Below, one piece after another: positions 1 to 12,200 of a stretch of DNA of 64,000 nucleotides. The translations under genes were made by a program, and so were the position numbers. Under the pieces are notes generated by a model. It made no database searches. It was not told where the DNA came from and saw only the letters and a program-made list of their open reading frames with translations. The stretch's first letter is position 1, and the number at the start of each line of letters is the position of its first letter. The stretch comes from Lama guanicoe (lineage: Eukaryota), in NCBI GenBank assembly GCA_013239625.1, contig MU054117.1, positions 5,173,514 to 5,237,513 on the forward strand, written 5' to 3'.

Positions 1-57
1 GTGCCTGGGCTTTCCAGATGGGGGAGGCTTTCCTGCAGCCTCGATGGGACCCAGCAT
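1..57 (-). other. C1RL: Probable 5' end (exon 1) of C1RL, running off the left edge of the window
   Basis: Minus strand reads ATGCTGGGTCCC...GCCCAGGCAC (MLGP...), loosely resembling the human C1RL start (MPGP...CPGAM). Position and orientation fit the conserved order C1RL-RBP5-CLSTN3-PEX5. Only about 60 nt are visible. Confidence 0.4.
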
Positions 58-249
58 TTAGAGAGGAGCTTGCTCTCTCTTGGAATCCGAACAGCCACGG
101 GGGCAGGCTCCTGTCTTCACACAGATTGTCCTTCACGTCGGGGTTTCCGCGACCAGTGTCAGGCAAGGAGAGAGATATAGGAGAGAGGTGGCGATCGGAG
201 GGGCTGAGGAGGCCTAAGTCAGTGGGGCTGGGATTCTGGGCTTCTGTCC

Positions 250-390
250 TTTATTTTATTTATTTGGTGATTTTATTTTGGGAGGGGGAGGTAATAAGAT
301 TTATTTATTTTTGGACGGGGTACTGGGGATTGAACCCAGGACCTCCTGCGTGCTAAGCATGTGCTCCACCACTTGAGCTACACCCTCCTC
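250..390 (-). mobile_element. tRNA-derived SINE (Vic-1-like)
   Basis: Reverse complement of the tRNA-like head (AGCTCAAGTGGT...GGTTCAATCCCCAGTACC) with an A-rich tail. Confidence 0.85.
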
Positions 391-896
391 TCCCGGGCTC
401 CTGTTCTTAGACAGACAGAGGACTTAGGGGTAAGAGTGGCTCTGCTGGAGATGGGTCTGTCCTGCCTGCTCCCCTACCCCCAAGACAGCTCAGGTTGTGA
501 CCTTGGCTTCCATAGGTTAAGGGTACTTAGGGAGGGGCTGGGTCAACCCCAAAGGCGGGTCAGCCACTAGCCTCGCCCCTCTTGTCCTCCTTCCCTACTT
601 TGTCAGCTATCTGTCTAAAATGTCAGCTGATCCTGCCCCTCCCCAGCTTAAAGCCTTTCGGTGACTTTGCCCTCTGTCCACACAGTGAAGCCCAAGACAA
701 TTGATCCTCGGGGCAGGTTCTTCATTCATTACTGGGGCTCTGTTCACCATGCTCTGTGCTGTGTCCTCCCCTCATATGTGTTCCAGCTACACTGACGATC
801 TTATAGCTTCCCAAACACACATGTGCTCATGTGATTCCTTGGCCAATTCCAGGTTCTTCAGTATCAGAGACAAAAAGGTAGCATAGCACAGTGGTG

Positions 897-1029
897 GAGA
901 GAGGGTATAACTCAAGTGGTAGAGCACATGCTTAGCATGTATGAGGTCCTGGGTTCAATCCCCAGTACCTCCTCTAAGAATAAATAAGTATGTAAACCTA
1001 ATTACTCCTCCCACCAAGAAAAAAAAAAG
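897..1029 (+). mobile_element. tRNA-derived SINE (Vic-1-like)
   Basis: A box TAACTCAAGTGGT, B box GGTTCAATCC, AATAAATAA...CCTAATTAC tail and poly-A. Confidence 0.88.
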
Positions 1030-1065
1030 ATCAGTATAGCATAGTGGTTAAAGGGGTGGGGTCCT

Positions 1066-1188
1066 GGGGGAGGGAATAGCTCAGTGGTAGAGCGCATGTT
1101 TAGCATGCACGAGGTCCTGGGTTCAATCCCCAGTACATTCATTAAAAATAAATAAACCTAATTGCCTTCCCCACAAACAAACAAAAAA
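1066..1188 (+). mobile_element. tRNA-derived SINE (Vic-1-like) inside an older MIR-like element
   Basis: Same head and tail; flanked by AAAGGG(G)TGGG-like direct repeats. Confidence 0.88.
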
Positions 1189-1437
1189 GGGTGGGCTCCT
1201 AATCCAGATTCAGCAGGTTCAAATCCAGGCACTGCCAATTTAGAAGCTTTGTGACTGTGGCCAGTTTATATGTAATTTCTCTATGGCTCCAAATAGCCTC
1301 ATCTGTAGAAGAAGGGTACCCATCCTCATAAGGTGGAGGGGAGGATGAAATGAATTAATAACTAAAATTCCTTGGCAAAGTACCTGGCATTTGATAAACA
1401 ATAAATATCACTATTTGCTTAGAGACGCAGGAGAGCA

Positions 1438-1650
1438 AAATGGTTTCAACTGGGAGCAATTTTGTTCCCCAGGGGATATTTGATAATATCGGAGATTTTT
1501 GGTTTTCCCAGCTGGGGGCATGCTACTGGCATCCAGTGGACAGAGGACAGGGGTGCTGTTAAGTATTCTGCACTGCACAAGGCAGGACTTCCTGCAACAA
1601 ACAATTATCTGACCCCGAAAGTCAATAGCGCTGAGGTCCAGGAAGCCTGG
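1438..1650 (+). mobile_element. MER20-like hAT DNA transposon relic
   Basis: TGCTACTGGCATCCAGTGG...AATTATCTGACCCCGAAAGTCAATAGCGCTGAGG resembles the remembered MER20 consensus. Confidence 0.7.
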
Positions 1651-1753
1651 GTCAGATGGTCAGGCTCCTCTAGAGACGGTCTGTTTAGGTTCACATCCTG
1701 CCTCTGCCTTTTGACCTCTGGCAAGTTACTTCAATGCTCTGTTTCTTACTTTC

Positions 1754-2270
1754 TGTGATGGTTAATTTTATGCATCAACTTGACTAGGCCAAGAGATGCC
1801 TGGAGAACCGGTTCAACGTTATTCTTGGTGTGTCTGTGAGAGTGTTTCTGGACGAGATTAGTACTTGAATTGGTGGGCTGAGTACAGCCGATGGCCCTAC
1901 CGGCTGGGTGGGCATCACTGAATCCACGGAGGGCCTGAATAGAACCGAAAGCAGAGGAAGGGAGGACTAACAAAGAAACTTCTGGCTCCAGCATCGCCAT
2001 GCTGCCCTGGAGGGCTGGGGAGGGACCCAGAGATTCCTTACTCTGCGACGTAAAGCCTGCCATCCAGATGTGGCTCTTCCCTGCCTATATGTCTGGACAC
2101 CAGCTTCCCCTGTTGGTTTTCAGGATCTGCCGCTCTGTCCTCTGCAGAATCTGCCCATCAGCTTCCCACTAGCAAAGATCTGACTCTATCCACGACTTCC
2201 TCCCTGTCTCTGGAAGTGTACTCTCTCTAGTGACCCGAGGTCTTATTAATTTGGACTCGGCTGCACTTGT
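1754..2270 (+). mobile_element. MLT2-type ERVL LTR relic (3' boundary approximate)
   Basis: Starts TGTGATGGTTAATTTTATGCATCAACTTGACTAGGCC, the characteristic MLT2 5' end. Confidence 0.7.
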
Positions 2271-2677
2271 CCTGCTGAAGACACAGAGTAAGGTCACACA
2301 CTTGTGAAAGGGGTGGGGTATCACATGAAGATGCTGGAGGTTCCTTTTATCATCACCTGGGGAGGCTGTGGGCTCTCAGACAGTACTCCAGCAGGTGGAT
2401 CTTAAAGAGGAAGGAATGGGACACCTGCCTATCTCTGAACTCCACTCTCTTTAGACTTCTGGACCCTGAGATGTGGGCCTCTGGCGCTGGGTGCTCAGAA
2501 GGTGTCCAAGCTTAGAGCAAGGATGGAAGGGCCTATGACAGTGGGTGCAGACCATACCTTTTTGTGGCCAGACTGGTTTTTATTGCCCTAAGTCCCCTGC
2601 CCCCAGTGCTTTTGCCAGCTACTGAGGCTACGATGCTAGGATGAGGGCCATTTTGATGGAACTTAGAGTTGAGAACA

Positions 2678-3305
2678 TGTGTTAGTTACCTATTGTTGTG
2701 TAATAGGTGGCTTGCACACTTAGCAGTTTAAAACAGCAAACGTGTATTATTGACATAGTTTCTGAGGGTCAGGAATCCAGAAGCAGCTTAGATGGGTCGT
2801 TTTGGCTCAGGATCTCTCACAGTCAAGGTGTTGGCCACGGTCATCTGAAGGTTTGACTGGGGCTGGAGGGTCTGCTTCCAAGGTGGTTCACTCACATAGC
2901 TGTGAGCTGGAGGCCCCAGTTCCCTGCCACATGGCCCTCTTCTTAGGACATTTGAGTGTCCTGGTAACAAGCAAGTGGCTTCCCCCAGAGTGATCTAAGA
3001 TAGAAAGAGCAAAGCAGAGGCCAAAATGTCTTTAAATGGTTTGATTTGATTTGATTGTGGTAAAAGCGCTTAACATGAGATCTACCCTCAACAAAATGTT
3101 AGGTGTGCCACACAGTACTGCCAACTCCAGGCACAATGTCTTTTATAATCTGGCCTTGGAAGTACCACGACATCTATCACTGCTGCCATGTTCTACTGGG
3201 CCCCCAGACCACCCCTGATACAGTGTGGGAAGGGACAGCACAAGGAAGGGAGTTCCGGGAAGCAGGGATCCTTGGGGGCCGTCCTGGGGGCTGGCGACCA
3301 CAGAA
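2678..3305 (-). mobile_element. MLT1-type MaLR LTR relic, interrupted by a short L1-like piece (about 3040-3140)
   Basis: TGTGTTAGTTACCTATTG...CATAGTTTCTGAGGGTCAGGAATCC...GGCTCAGG matches MLT1 antisense signatures. Confidence 0.6.
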
Positions 3306-4873
3306 GTAGACATATGATTTTAGTACGATACATGCAGAAGATCGGCTAGCAGGACATTGTCTTTGCAGGGAACGGTTGTATTTCAGACGCATTAACCTGA
3401 AGCCAGAGTGCCTCTGGGGCTCTGACCCTCTCCTCCTCATCCCTGAGATCTGAAGGACTCCTTCACCACCCCATCAAGTCGCAGGACTGCACAGATCAAA
3501 GCATGACCTACAGGGGACCAAACGTAAGAGGAGGTGGAGCTTTGGGAGGACAGCAAAGGATTAAAAAGGACCCAGAAGCTGTTGAAAAGGAGGAGGGTGG
3601 GCAAGAAGGGGAAGCCCCAGAGAGGATGCCCTTTCCAACCTTGGGAGGGTAACCATAGTGTGAGTCCCGAGAATCTAGGACGGCAGTCCCACACCAGCAC
3701 GTTGTCCAAGGGGACAAGTTCAGAGGCTGGAGATTTCAGTTCCAGAGCTCCCACACCCCCGCAGCTTTGTGTGGACTCTCAAGCCTGAGATAAAGTCCTT
3801 TAGTAAAGGACTCTTTAAACATACTGTGTATGTGCCTGGCTTGCTAATAGTGGGCTGTTCTGCTCTGGCCTGCACCATCCCTTCCTCTGACAATAAGGAG
3901 TTTATGGGTGACGCTGCACTTGGACCTCAGATGATTGACTGCTATAATGCTCTCTGTTCTAGTTCCCTTTGTTTCCTCCAAGACTTTAACAAACCCTTAT
4001 TTAAATGGTGCCCTCTTGTCCCATAGCGCTACTCACAAAGGAAGGAGGGGTGGTGAGTGGCAGTGGCCATTAGTGGGGCTTGGCGACCCAGCTGCCCCTT
4101 CCCATGTTGAGGTTCTCTCTCCACTGGGGACCTCGCAGGATAGGCAATGGTTACACTAAGAATGACAGCAGTTTCCTTACAGCTGGGTCAAGGACAACGA
4201 GCAAGGCTTCTCTGCAGACAGCTGCCAAGGGGAGGGGGCGGGTGGGCAAGGCAGGATTGTAAGTAGATCAGTCACAGAATGTCAAGGCCAAACAGACCAG
4301 TCCTGCAAGGAGAAAAAGGCACAGAAGTGAAATAATTTGCCCAAGATCGCACAGCGAGGCAGCGACAGTACCTCTGAAAGCAGCGCTCTGAGCTCTGCCT
4401 CGCCCGCCCACCTAGGACAGTGGGACAAGGAATAAACCATGGCTCCTGTTACAGGCAGAGAGGGAGGAAAGAGAGGCGGTGCCGGGTCTCAGCAGTCTAG
4501 AAAGGCCTCATGGACAGAATCGTGGGGATCCACATATGTGTGTGGAAGGAAAACCATGCAGATTCCTGGCTCATCTGTGGGGCAGGTAGGACTGGGGAGG
4601 CCCAAACTGGGGCTCAAATGGTGGGGTCACTGGAGTGTAGAAAGATGGCAGGGGTGTCCGAGGCTGGAGGGTGGTGGCCTCCTGGGCAGGGTGGGGACGC
4701 TGGCTGGTGTCGGCATCCAGGAGGAAGAAGGGCGATGAGGCAGGGGGGCAGGAGAAAGTGGCTGCACCTGCAGCTGGTGGCTGGAGGATGCCGGGTCTAG
4801 ACGGAGCCCCTGCCTGGGGGTCCAGCGTTCTGGGGCTGGGCCCCTGTCCCACCATCAGCTCCCTCCCTCCCGC

Positions 4874-6339
4874 CTTGAAGCCTCCTCTCAGCTGGTGGGG
4901 AGGTGACTGTGGTTGTGGCAGGAGCAGAAGTAGCGGCCCAGATGCTGGCCTGGGCTGGGACACTTGTCCTCGGCACGGTGGAGGCGGGGGTGCCTGCAGG
5001 ATACAGTGAGAGATTCCGGTTCTGGAGCCCGAGTCGGGGCAACACTCCTCTCCATCCATCACCTCCAGACGTTTTACCTGCCTAGACGAGTAAAGATGCC
5101 CCTGCCATCTTGGACAGCCAAGGTGAAGCCGTACTGTCTGGAAATCTCCCGCACCAGTCATACCGTGGTGTAAATACAAGCCCCGTGTGACCTCGGGATG
5201 TGGGTGATGGGGCCTCGTCCTTAACGGCAGCAAACAAGGCTTTGCATCCAGTTAACAGAATTTCAGTCAAGTGAAGATGTAGGCGATGATGAAAACAGCG
5301 ATAGCTAACATTCCTCAGTGCATCCTCTCTCCCAGGTACTGCGCCGAGCACGTTGACCTAGAAACGTCACAGCATTCCTGGGGGAAGGAAGTGCTCTCGG
5401 TAGTGCCTTGTGTGACCGGCACATGTGGCTCGTTTACTGAGGGTTAGCGGATAAGAGGTGGCTGTCTGACACCAGGGCCTACTAACCTGACCTCTGGGTA
5501 ACACTCTCCCCCAATTTTGGGTGCCATTTCGGTTCATCTAGAGCCTCTGAGGCAAGTGGTTAACCATGAACCCAATGGCCTGGCTCTGCTGGTGACCCTC
5601 TGCTTGGGCACTGCCCATGGGGGACAGAACGGAGGCTCCTAGGGACGCCCCTCTCTTAGTGGCCAGACTGGGAGTGAGGGCAGGGGGAGGTGAGACTTGG
5701 GACTGGGTTGGCGGGGGTGGGGGGAGGCTGGAGCCTCACCCCCAGACAGATGGTGGGCCGGCAAGTCCTTGAGAAGCAGAGGTTCCCTGTTCCTGGTGGA
5801 AGGGTGAGTGTGGTGGCAGATCAGCTCCATCTCAGGCCCCTGGAACCTAAGTGGCCTCTGGTGAGGGTGGGTATTCAGCATGGAGCACAGGAGCCCACAG
5901 AGCTGGCCCAGAGCCATCTGTTGGCTGAGATCTTGGGGCAAGGAGGAGGAGAGGGAGGGGGAAGAGGGGGAGGGCCTGGGAGGTGCTGGTCAGGCAGGGC
6001 TACTGCTTGAGGTCTTGGCTCCCATCTTTGTTTCCTTCTTTCTGCCCTCCACGCAAACCCAGCTTGGCTACATCAGTCCTTCACAGAGCCCTTTGATTTT
6101 CCCATCAAGTCCCTTCACCCACCTCCTGCTGTACCTGCAGGGTCTCCCCCATCCTGCCTGCTCATAATCATGGACACAGCTCTGGGGTGGCTCCAGGTCA
6201 GTCCTGGGGACCCTGATAGCAAGGGTGCTGTCATGACTGAGGGGGTTATGGTGGGGGAAGTTGGGGGAGACGCTCCAGAGAGCTGGGTGGTGGTCCTCAG
6301 GCTGGGCAGGAGCAGCACTCTCCAGAGGAGGAAGAGCCC
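4874..6339 (-). pseudogene. Degenerate unprocessed C1r-like (CUB1-EGF) complement protease paralog relic
   Basis: Exon A 6339-6158 (GLFLLWRVLL.../SPNFPHHNPLSHDSTLAIRVP..DLEPPQSCVHDYEQ; frameshift, internal deletion, GC at donor). Exon B 5931-5740, 192 nt, polypyrimidine+AG and GTGAGG donor (ISAN/ALGQLCGLLCSMLNTHPHQRPLRFQGPEMELICH..N......K...A). Exon C about 4993-4874 (EDKCPSPGQHLGRYFCSC then a stop). Order and motifs match C1r signal/CUB1/EGF exons. Confidence 0.75.
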
Positions 6340-9218
6340 CTGGAAGGCCGGAGGGAAGGGGCAGCCACAGTCAGGGACAGCCTCACAGCCACATCTTCAT
6401 CCTCAGCCACATCAAGGACTGCAGGCCCCTCACTGACCTTTGGGGACTTAAGCCTAGACCAGATGGGGTTCTCACTTCTTAAGGAATCACATTTGGGTGG
6501 GGGAAAGGGGCCGGGTCTCTGTTCTCTCTTGGGATCCTAGGATTTGCAGTGGCCTCCGAGGGTCCCTGGCTGTTACAGGATCAGCTCCTGTCTGGGATGA
6601 CTCTGTGCTTTGCAGGTGAGGAATTTCCCACTTCCGCCTTAGCTCCCCTTTCAACATGCAGGTCTGGGCACGTGGGGTGGGGGCATGTGGGAGATGGTGG
6701 CGGAGGTGAGGGGGCCACTGGGGACGGATACATGGCTAGACTTGGTTGTTCCTGCCTTCTCTGGGGCTGCTACCAGAACGTGGAGTCCTTGGGCAGCACG
6801 TGGTCCTCTGCTTCAGAGGACACAGCCCTGCTCCTGACCTCCTGTCCACGTTAGCTGGTTTCTTCTGAGCAGAGGGGTCTGGATTGGCCTAAAGACTCAA
6901 GGCTAAAGGGCCATTGGAGCTCAGGCTGGAAGGTTGCTTGTGACCATTTGGTGCTACCTGGGTTGGCGGACTGCGAGGGGGCAGGGGCCCGGCACAGGGC
7001 TGGCTCAGAAGAGTGCAGTTGCTCCATCTCATGTGGGAATAAAATTTTGGATTCCTCATCATCTCTCTGGGGCCTAAGACTCTGGACCACAAGGCTAAAG
7101 TTGGTCCTGGGATCACAGCTGTGTGTGCTTCTGGAAGGGCTGGGGGGGACACACCCATTGGAGGCATTGCCCCCCCCCTTGCCTTTTCTTCCCTACAGGT
7201 CAGTGCCCCTGGTGGCCATCTCTTCCATTTGAGGATGAGTGGTGCAGCCTGATTTGAATGAAGGGTAGGGTCCTGTCAGGGTGGGCATGCGGGATGGGAA
7301 GTGCGTGTGCGTGTGCGGGGGTGTGTGTGTGTGCGCGCGTGTGTCTGGGGTAAGGCAGGGACGGCAACTCCAGCAGGGTGCTGGAGGAGGGAGGACTGGA
7401 CGCGGTGGGCCTCTGGCTCCCACTGCAGCGAGCAGTGCCCCCTGCAGCCCACAGGGGAACCGGCAGGCCCGGCTTCCCGAGTCTGGGTAGGTCCTGCTCC
7501 TGCCCCCTTGGACATGCCCCGAAGCAGCTCTGTCCTCCTCCAGTAATTTGTCTTCCTTTGGGGTCTCCAGGCTTCTTGTTGGATTCTGGCTCCTGGGGGG
7601 GGGGTCGAGAGGAGGATGTGGACCTGCAGGAGGGAGGGAGTGGTTGCTCATGTTAATGTCACGCAAGTCTTGGGGGGTTGAGGCCACTTTCCTTTGGGTC
7701 TGACAGTCACCTTGGAGGCCCATACGCACCCCAGTGAGGGATGCTGGGCCGACCTGTGGAGCACGGAGGAGAGTCCTGTGGGGAGAGGCCTGGACATGTG
7801 CTGTGAACTCAGAGTGGCTGGGAGCTGGTGGCTCGGCAAAAAGTGAACACACGTGGAGCACCTTCCTTTGGCCTCGCTGTACCTGGGAAGGGACAGGTCG
7901 GAGGTGGCAGTCCTCGGAGCTTCGGCTGGACGGCTTTGCAGAGAGGCTGGGTGAGGGGGAAGAAGGCCTTCAGTTTCCGCTCTGAACTCTTTTCCTAACT
8001 CATCCCAGGGCACACGTTGGGATGAGAGCTGCAGTCCTAGTTCTTGGCCGGAGCCCCAGGGACTGTGTCAAGTGCTCAGGGGCTGAGTCTCGGCAGGAAG
8101 AGGGAGCGCAGGCCAGGGGCTTTCCAGTCATGCCCTCCTCTTCCCCAGCCAGTCGGTCCCCACCCTCCCTTGGCCCTCTTCTCTCTGCTCTTATCCCACA
8201 GGACTTTTATTCTGAAAGAAGCGAGGCCCCTGGAGGTAGGGAGGGGACCAGAGGCTGCAGCTGGCCCTGGCCCTGAACAGGCCCTACCCTCCTGGGCTGT
8301 TTTCTAGGGCAGCAACTCTGGGGCCCCCCGGGAGGGGCCGTGCTGTCTTCAGATCTCCCCCTTATCTTCTGTCCCCAGCCTTGCTGGACTTTAAGCAGAG
8401 GGTCCTAGAGGCCTGTTGCCTTTACACCTACTGTCACCTTCATACCTCCATGTCCCTCATCCTTTCAGCCCTTGACCTTGTAGCCTCCCTCTGCTTCCCT
8501 TCTCAGTCTGTCCTGGCCTTCTTGCTGCCTGTCCCTCCCAAAGCAGACATGGAGGCTAGGTCACTACCTAGAACTTCCCAGCCTCCCCCAGTCCCGGATG
8601 AAGGTCTCCCTCTTCCCCAGCACGTAGGACGCAAGCACATGACGGCCAGCGTTCGTTAGGTGTTGGTCAACATGGCCTGCTGAGCTCTGCGCGGCTGGGA
8701 CTGGGCTGTGGGCGGTTTTATGAAGCCCAAGGGATTTCTCAAGAAGAAGGACAAGGAAATGGACAAAAAGACTCTCCCAGGAGCTCCCGTTTAAATTCTT
8801 GAATCTAGTCACACTTTTCCAGAAGGTCCCACAGGATAGAGTTTTCACTAATGTTCAAAGCTGAGTTCTTTCTTAGATGGAAAATAAGAGGCCAAATGAA
8901 TTAAAGAGAGTTGGGATCTGTTATTCTCAAGGGCCCTTTCCCTCCTTCCTTGCCTGTTTCTTTCATCCAGGAGGCCAGACCTTGGACTGGATACGAGGTC
9001 ACTGCTGGGCAGTGGGGTGTGAGAAAGAAAGGACTTTGACTTGGGGGGATGCAAGTTACAGATTAACAAGGGGAAGGGGAGAAGGGACGCAGAGGGAGGG
9101 TAAGTGACCTGAGAAAGGGACTGCTGACCTGGGACCATCTGGGCTTGAAGGGGACACAGGCAAGGAGGGTCTGGGGACCGGTGTGGCCCCGGGTTCAGGG
9201 CCCTTAGCTCCTCTCCGG

Positions 9219-12200
9219 CTATTTGACCTTCCTGAAGACCTGCTCGCACACTGCATCCCTTGCAGTCAGTTCCTGGGGACAGAGTAAAGGAATGATGAGG
9301 ACGGAGAAAGAAGGTTCTTGCCAGCTAGAGCCTCTTTCTCAAGGGACTTGACCTCCACTGAATCCTTCAGGATACACAGCTAGAGCGTTTGACGTATGGA
9401 GAATTGTTCCAAAGCCTCTACTTTCCGCCCGGGAGGAAGGAAGGTAGCTGGGCCAGGGAACTGAAGTGGCTCAGTCTGCACGTCTCCAGTTATGATTTAT
9501 GGACATTCATCTGACTTGGACCGGGGCTCACCTTGGCCATCCAACGTCCCCCCTCTCCACTTGTCCCAGGGCTTCCGTTTTCCTTCCCTGTTTGCCTTCC
9601 TTGGAGCCGGGGGGTGGGGGGGTGGGGAGCAGTAGACTTACTTGGTTTGGGCAAGGGGCTGCATGCTAGCTGGAGGCCCCTGTCCCAGATGCACCCATCT
9701 GTGCCTCCTCCCCTGCCCTCACCCAGCTCACCAGATACAGTGTCTCTCCCTCCAGCCAGTGTCTCCAACCCCGGTTGGGGACCTCCCCTTTCTGCACACA
9801 TACCAGCTGCTCCTCCTCCCAAGTGACTATGGTCTGTGGGGAAACCAGGAATAAAGGAAGACTGGTGGGGGTCAGGACACCCCAAAGGCATCTACCTCAC
9901 TTTGGCTGGGCTGCCCAGCTCTTTGCACAGAGCAGATGCTGTCTTGCTCCAGCCCCTTCCTTCTGAGTGAGAGGGATGCTCTGATGCAGCAGGACTCCCC
10001 TCCCTCGCTCCTAACAGCCACTGAGGGGGCCCACAGCTTGCGACAGTGACCATTTGGGCAGAGAAGGGATGAATTGGGATAACCTGGGGGTAAAATTAGT
10101 GGCTGGGCCATGAAGAACAGAGAACTTTGTCCTCTGATACTTCTGGTTGAGCTGGAGGAGACTTTGGGAAAGAAGACAGATTGCTTGGGAGCCTACCAGG
10201 GGATCTCTTTCCTCCTCTTTCTCAGTCTCAAATGCAGCTAAAGTGTCCCTGAAAATGAAGGGCCTCCTTCCCCCACCATCAGAGCTGGGTGGACCTGGGC
10301 ATTCAAACAACATCCCTCGCACGGGATAGACCCCACTGAGCAAGGAGCTCAGAATCTCGATCAGGTAGAGGAGCCGTCCATAGGTAGTTATGCGCCAGGT
10401 AAGACTGCTGGGGCTGGGAGTGGGGAGGGAAGAGCTGAGTCTTCAAGGAAGCGAGGGGTTGATTAGATTAGAGATAACAGGAACTTTCTAGCAAGCAAAG
10501 AAGCAGCATAGTGGTAAGAAAGAAGGGCAGGCAGCTGTGGGGGCCTCTAACCCAGTGCCTATGTGGGGAGACCCTCAGATGCTGTGTGGAGTGTGAGGGC
10601 CTTATCTGGAATGTAATAGATTGCCACTGAAGGGGTGTGTAAGTCAAGGAATGACGTGGTCACTTTCATATGTTAGACAGATCCTTGTGGCCACAGCAGG
10701 CAGAGTGGGTTAGAGGAAGGTTGACAACGGGGACCAGTTCTGGGCACCAGATGAGAAATGAGGGCTTGAATTAAAGTGGTGATAGTGAGAAAGTCTAGGA
10801 AGGAACAGGGGAGGGACGTGTAAACAAGCGATATTCGATAGAAGAATAATGGTTTCTAAATGCAAGCCACGTATATAACTAAAAAATTCTCTAGTAGCCA
10901 CAGTAGAATAGTGAAAAGAAACAAGTGAAATTCATCTTAATAATATACTTTATTCAGCCTAAAATATCCACAATATTACAGCCTCAACAGTAGTCAATAT
11001 AAAAATTTCTGAGCTATTTTATGCTCTTTAGAATGCTTAGTGTTAATTTTTTTGGGGGGGACAATTAGGTTTATTCATGTATTTTTAATGGAGGTACTGG
11101 GGATTGGACCCAGGACCTTGTGCACGCTAAGCACATGCTCTACCCCTGACCTATTTTCTCCACTCTGATATTGTCTTTAACATCCTGTGTACATTTTACA
11201 CTGATAGAACGTCTCAATTTGGACCAGTTACACTTCAAATGTTTAATATCTATATATAGCTAGTAGCTATCATATTGGACAGCACAGAAAAGTTACAAAG
11301 GCTTCTTGACCAATTACATGTGGTACACGTGTGTGTGTGTGTGTGTGTGTGTTTGTGTGTCTGTGTCTGTGTGTGTGTGGTGCATACAGGTAAAGGAACA
11401 CAAGGTATTAACTGTGAATCCCAGGCTTTGGTCTCCTGTTAGTTTTTGCCATTGATGGAGATGGTAAATATAAAAGCAGGAATGGGTTTGCGTAGGAAGA
11501 TAATGACTTTGGGTTTGACCTTGGAGCCTGCAGATGGAAAACATCTTGTGGGCAGCTGAAACTTCAGCCTGGAGCTCAAGAGGTACCTCTGGCTGGAGAA
11601 TCCACGTCCAAGGCAGTTTATAGATGGTGACTGAACATAGGGGTGTAGATGATTTAGCCCATAGGTAGCATACAGAGAAAGAGAGTCAAGAACGAAATGC
11701 GAGGGAAAACCCGTGTTTAAGGGCTTAACTAAGGTCTGCAAAGGAGACCAAAGGGGACAGGCAAGCAGCAGAAGGGACAGTGTGGGAGTGAAGTTACAGA
11801 GCCTGAGGGAAAAGAGACTCTGCGGCGCCCACAGGGTCACAGGCTAGGGGGTGAGCGCAGGTCGGCTCACTGGCCCGAGGGTGACCAGCCCTTTCTGCCC
11901 GTTTGGCTAGTGCTAAGAGGGTGCAGGGCAGAAGCAGGAGAGAGTGGGGCTGGGTGGGTTACACCGGGAGCCTATTATCCTGGGGAACCCCAGCCTGCCC
12001 TGGTCATCACCTCTCTGGCTCTGGCTGGGAGACATCCCTCTGTTCCGCCCCAAACTGTTAAGAGCCCCCTGCTCCTCCACACCCCATCCCCGCAAACCCG
12101 AGGAAAGGTACCTGGCATTTTCGTCCATCCACGACCTTTAGGTCTTCTTCAAACTCAACTCCCACCTCGAATTCCAGAACATAGTTTTGGAAGGTGCTGA

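Noticed and set aside
897..1188. tRNA-like sequences with A and B boxes
   Set aside because: They are SINE heads with A-rich tails and many diverged copies, not tRNA genes.
3680..3780. Minus-strand ESTQSCGGVGALELKSPASELVPLDNVL as a possible serine-protease remnant (cf. DIALLEL)
   Set aside because: Catalytic Asp is absent and no TAAH or GDSG motif was found nearby; the similarity could be chance.
5030..5110. GIFT...VWR...DGEE resembling a C1r/C1RL CCP exon
   Set aside because: Needs several stops and frameshifts, has no acceptor tract, and lies out of domain order, before the EGF relic.
4571..5233. 220-aa minus-strand ORF
   Set aside because: Low-complexity Pro-rich translation with no ATG at its start; the informative motifs lie mostly in other frames.
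7193..7861. 222-aa minus-strand ORF
   Set aside because: Runs through a TG microsatellite, has no recognisable domain, and is expected by chance in GC-rich DNA.
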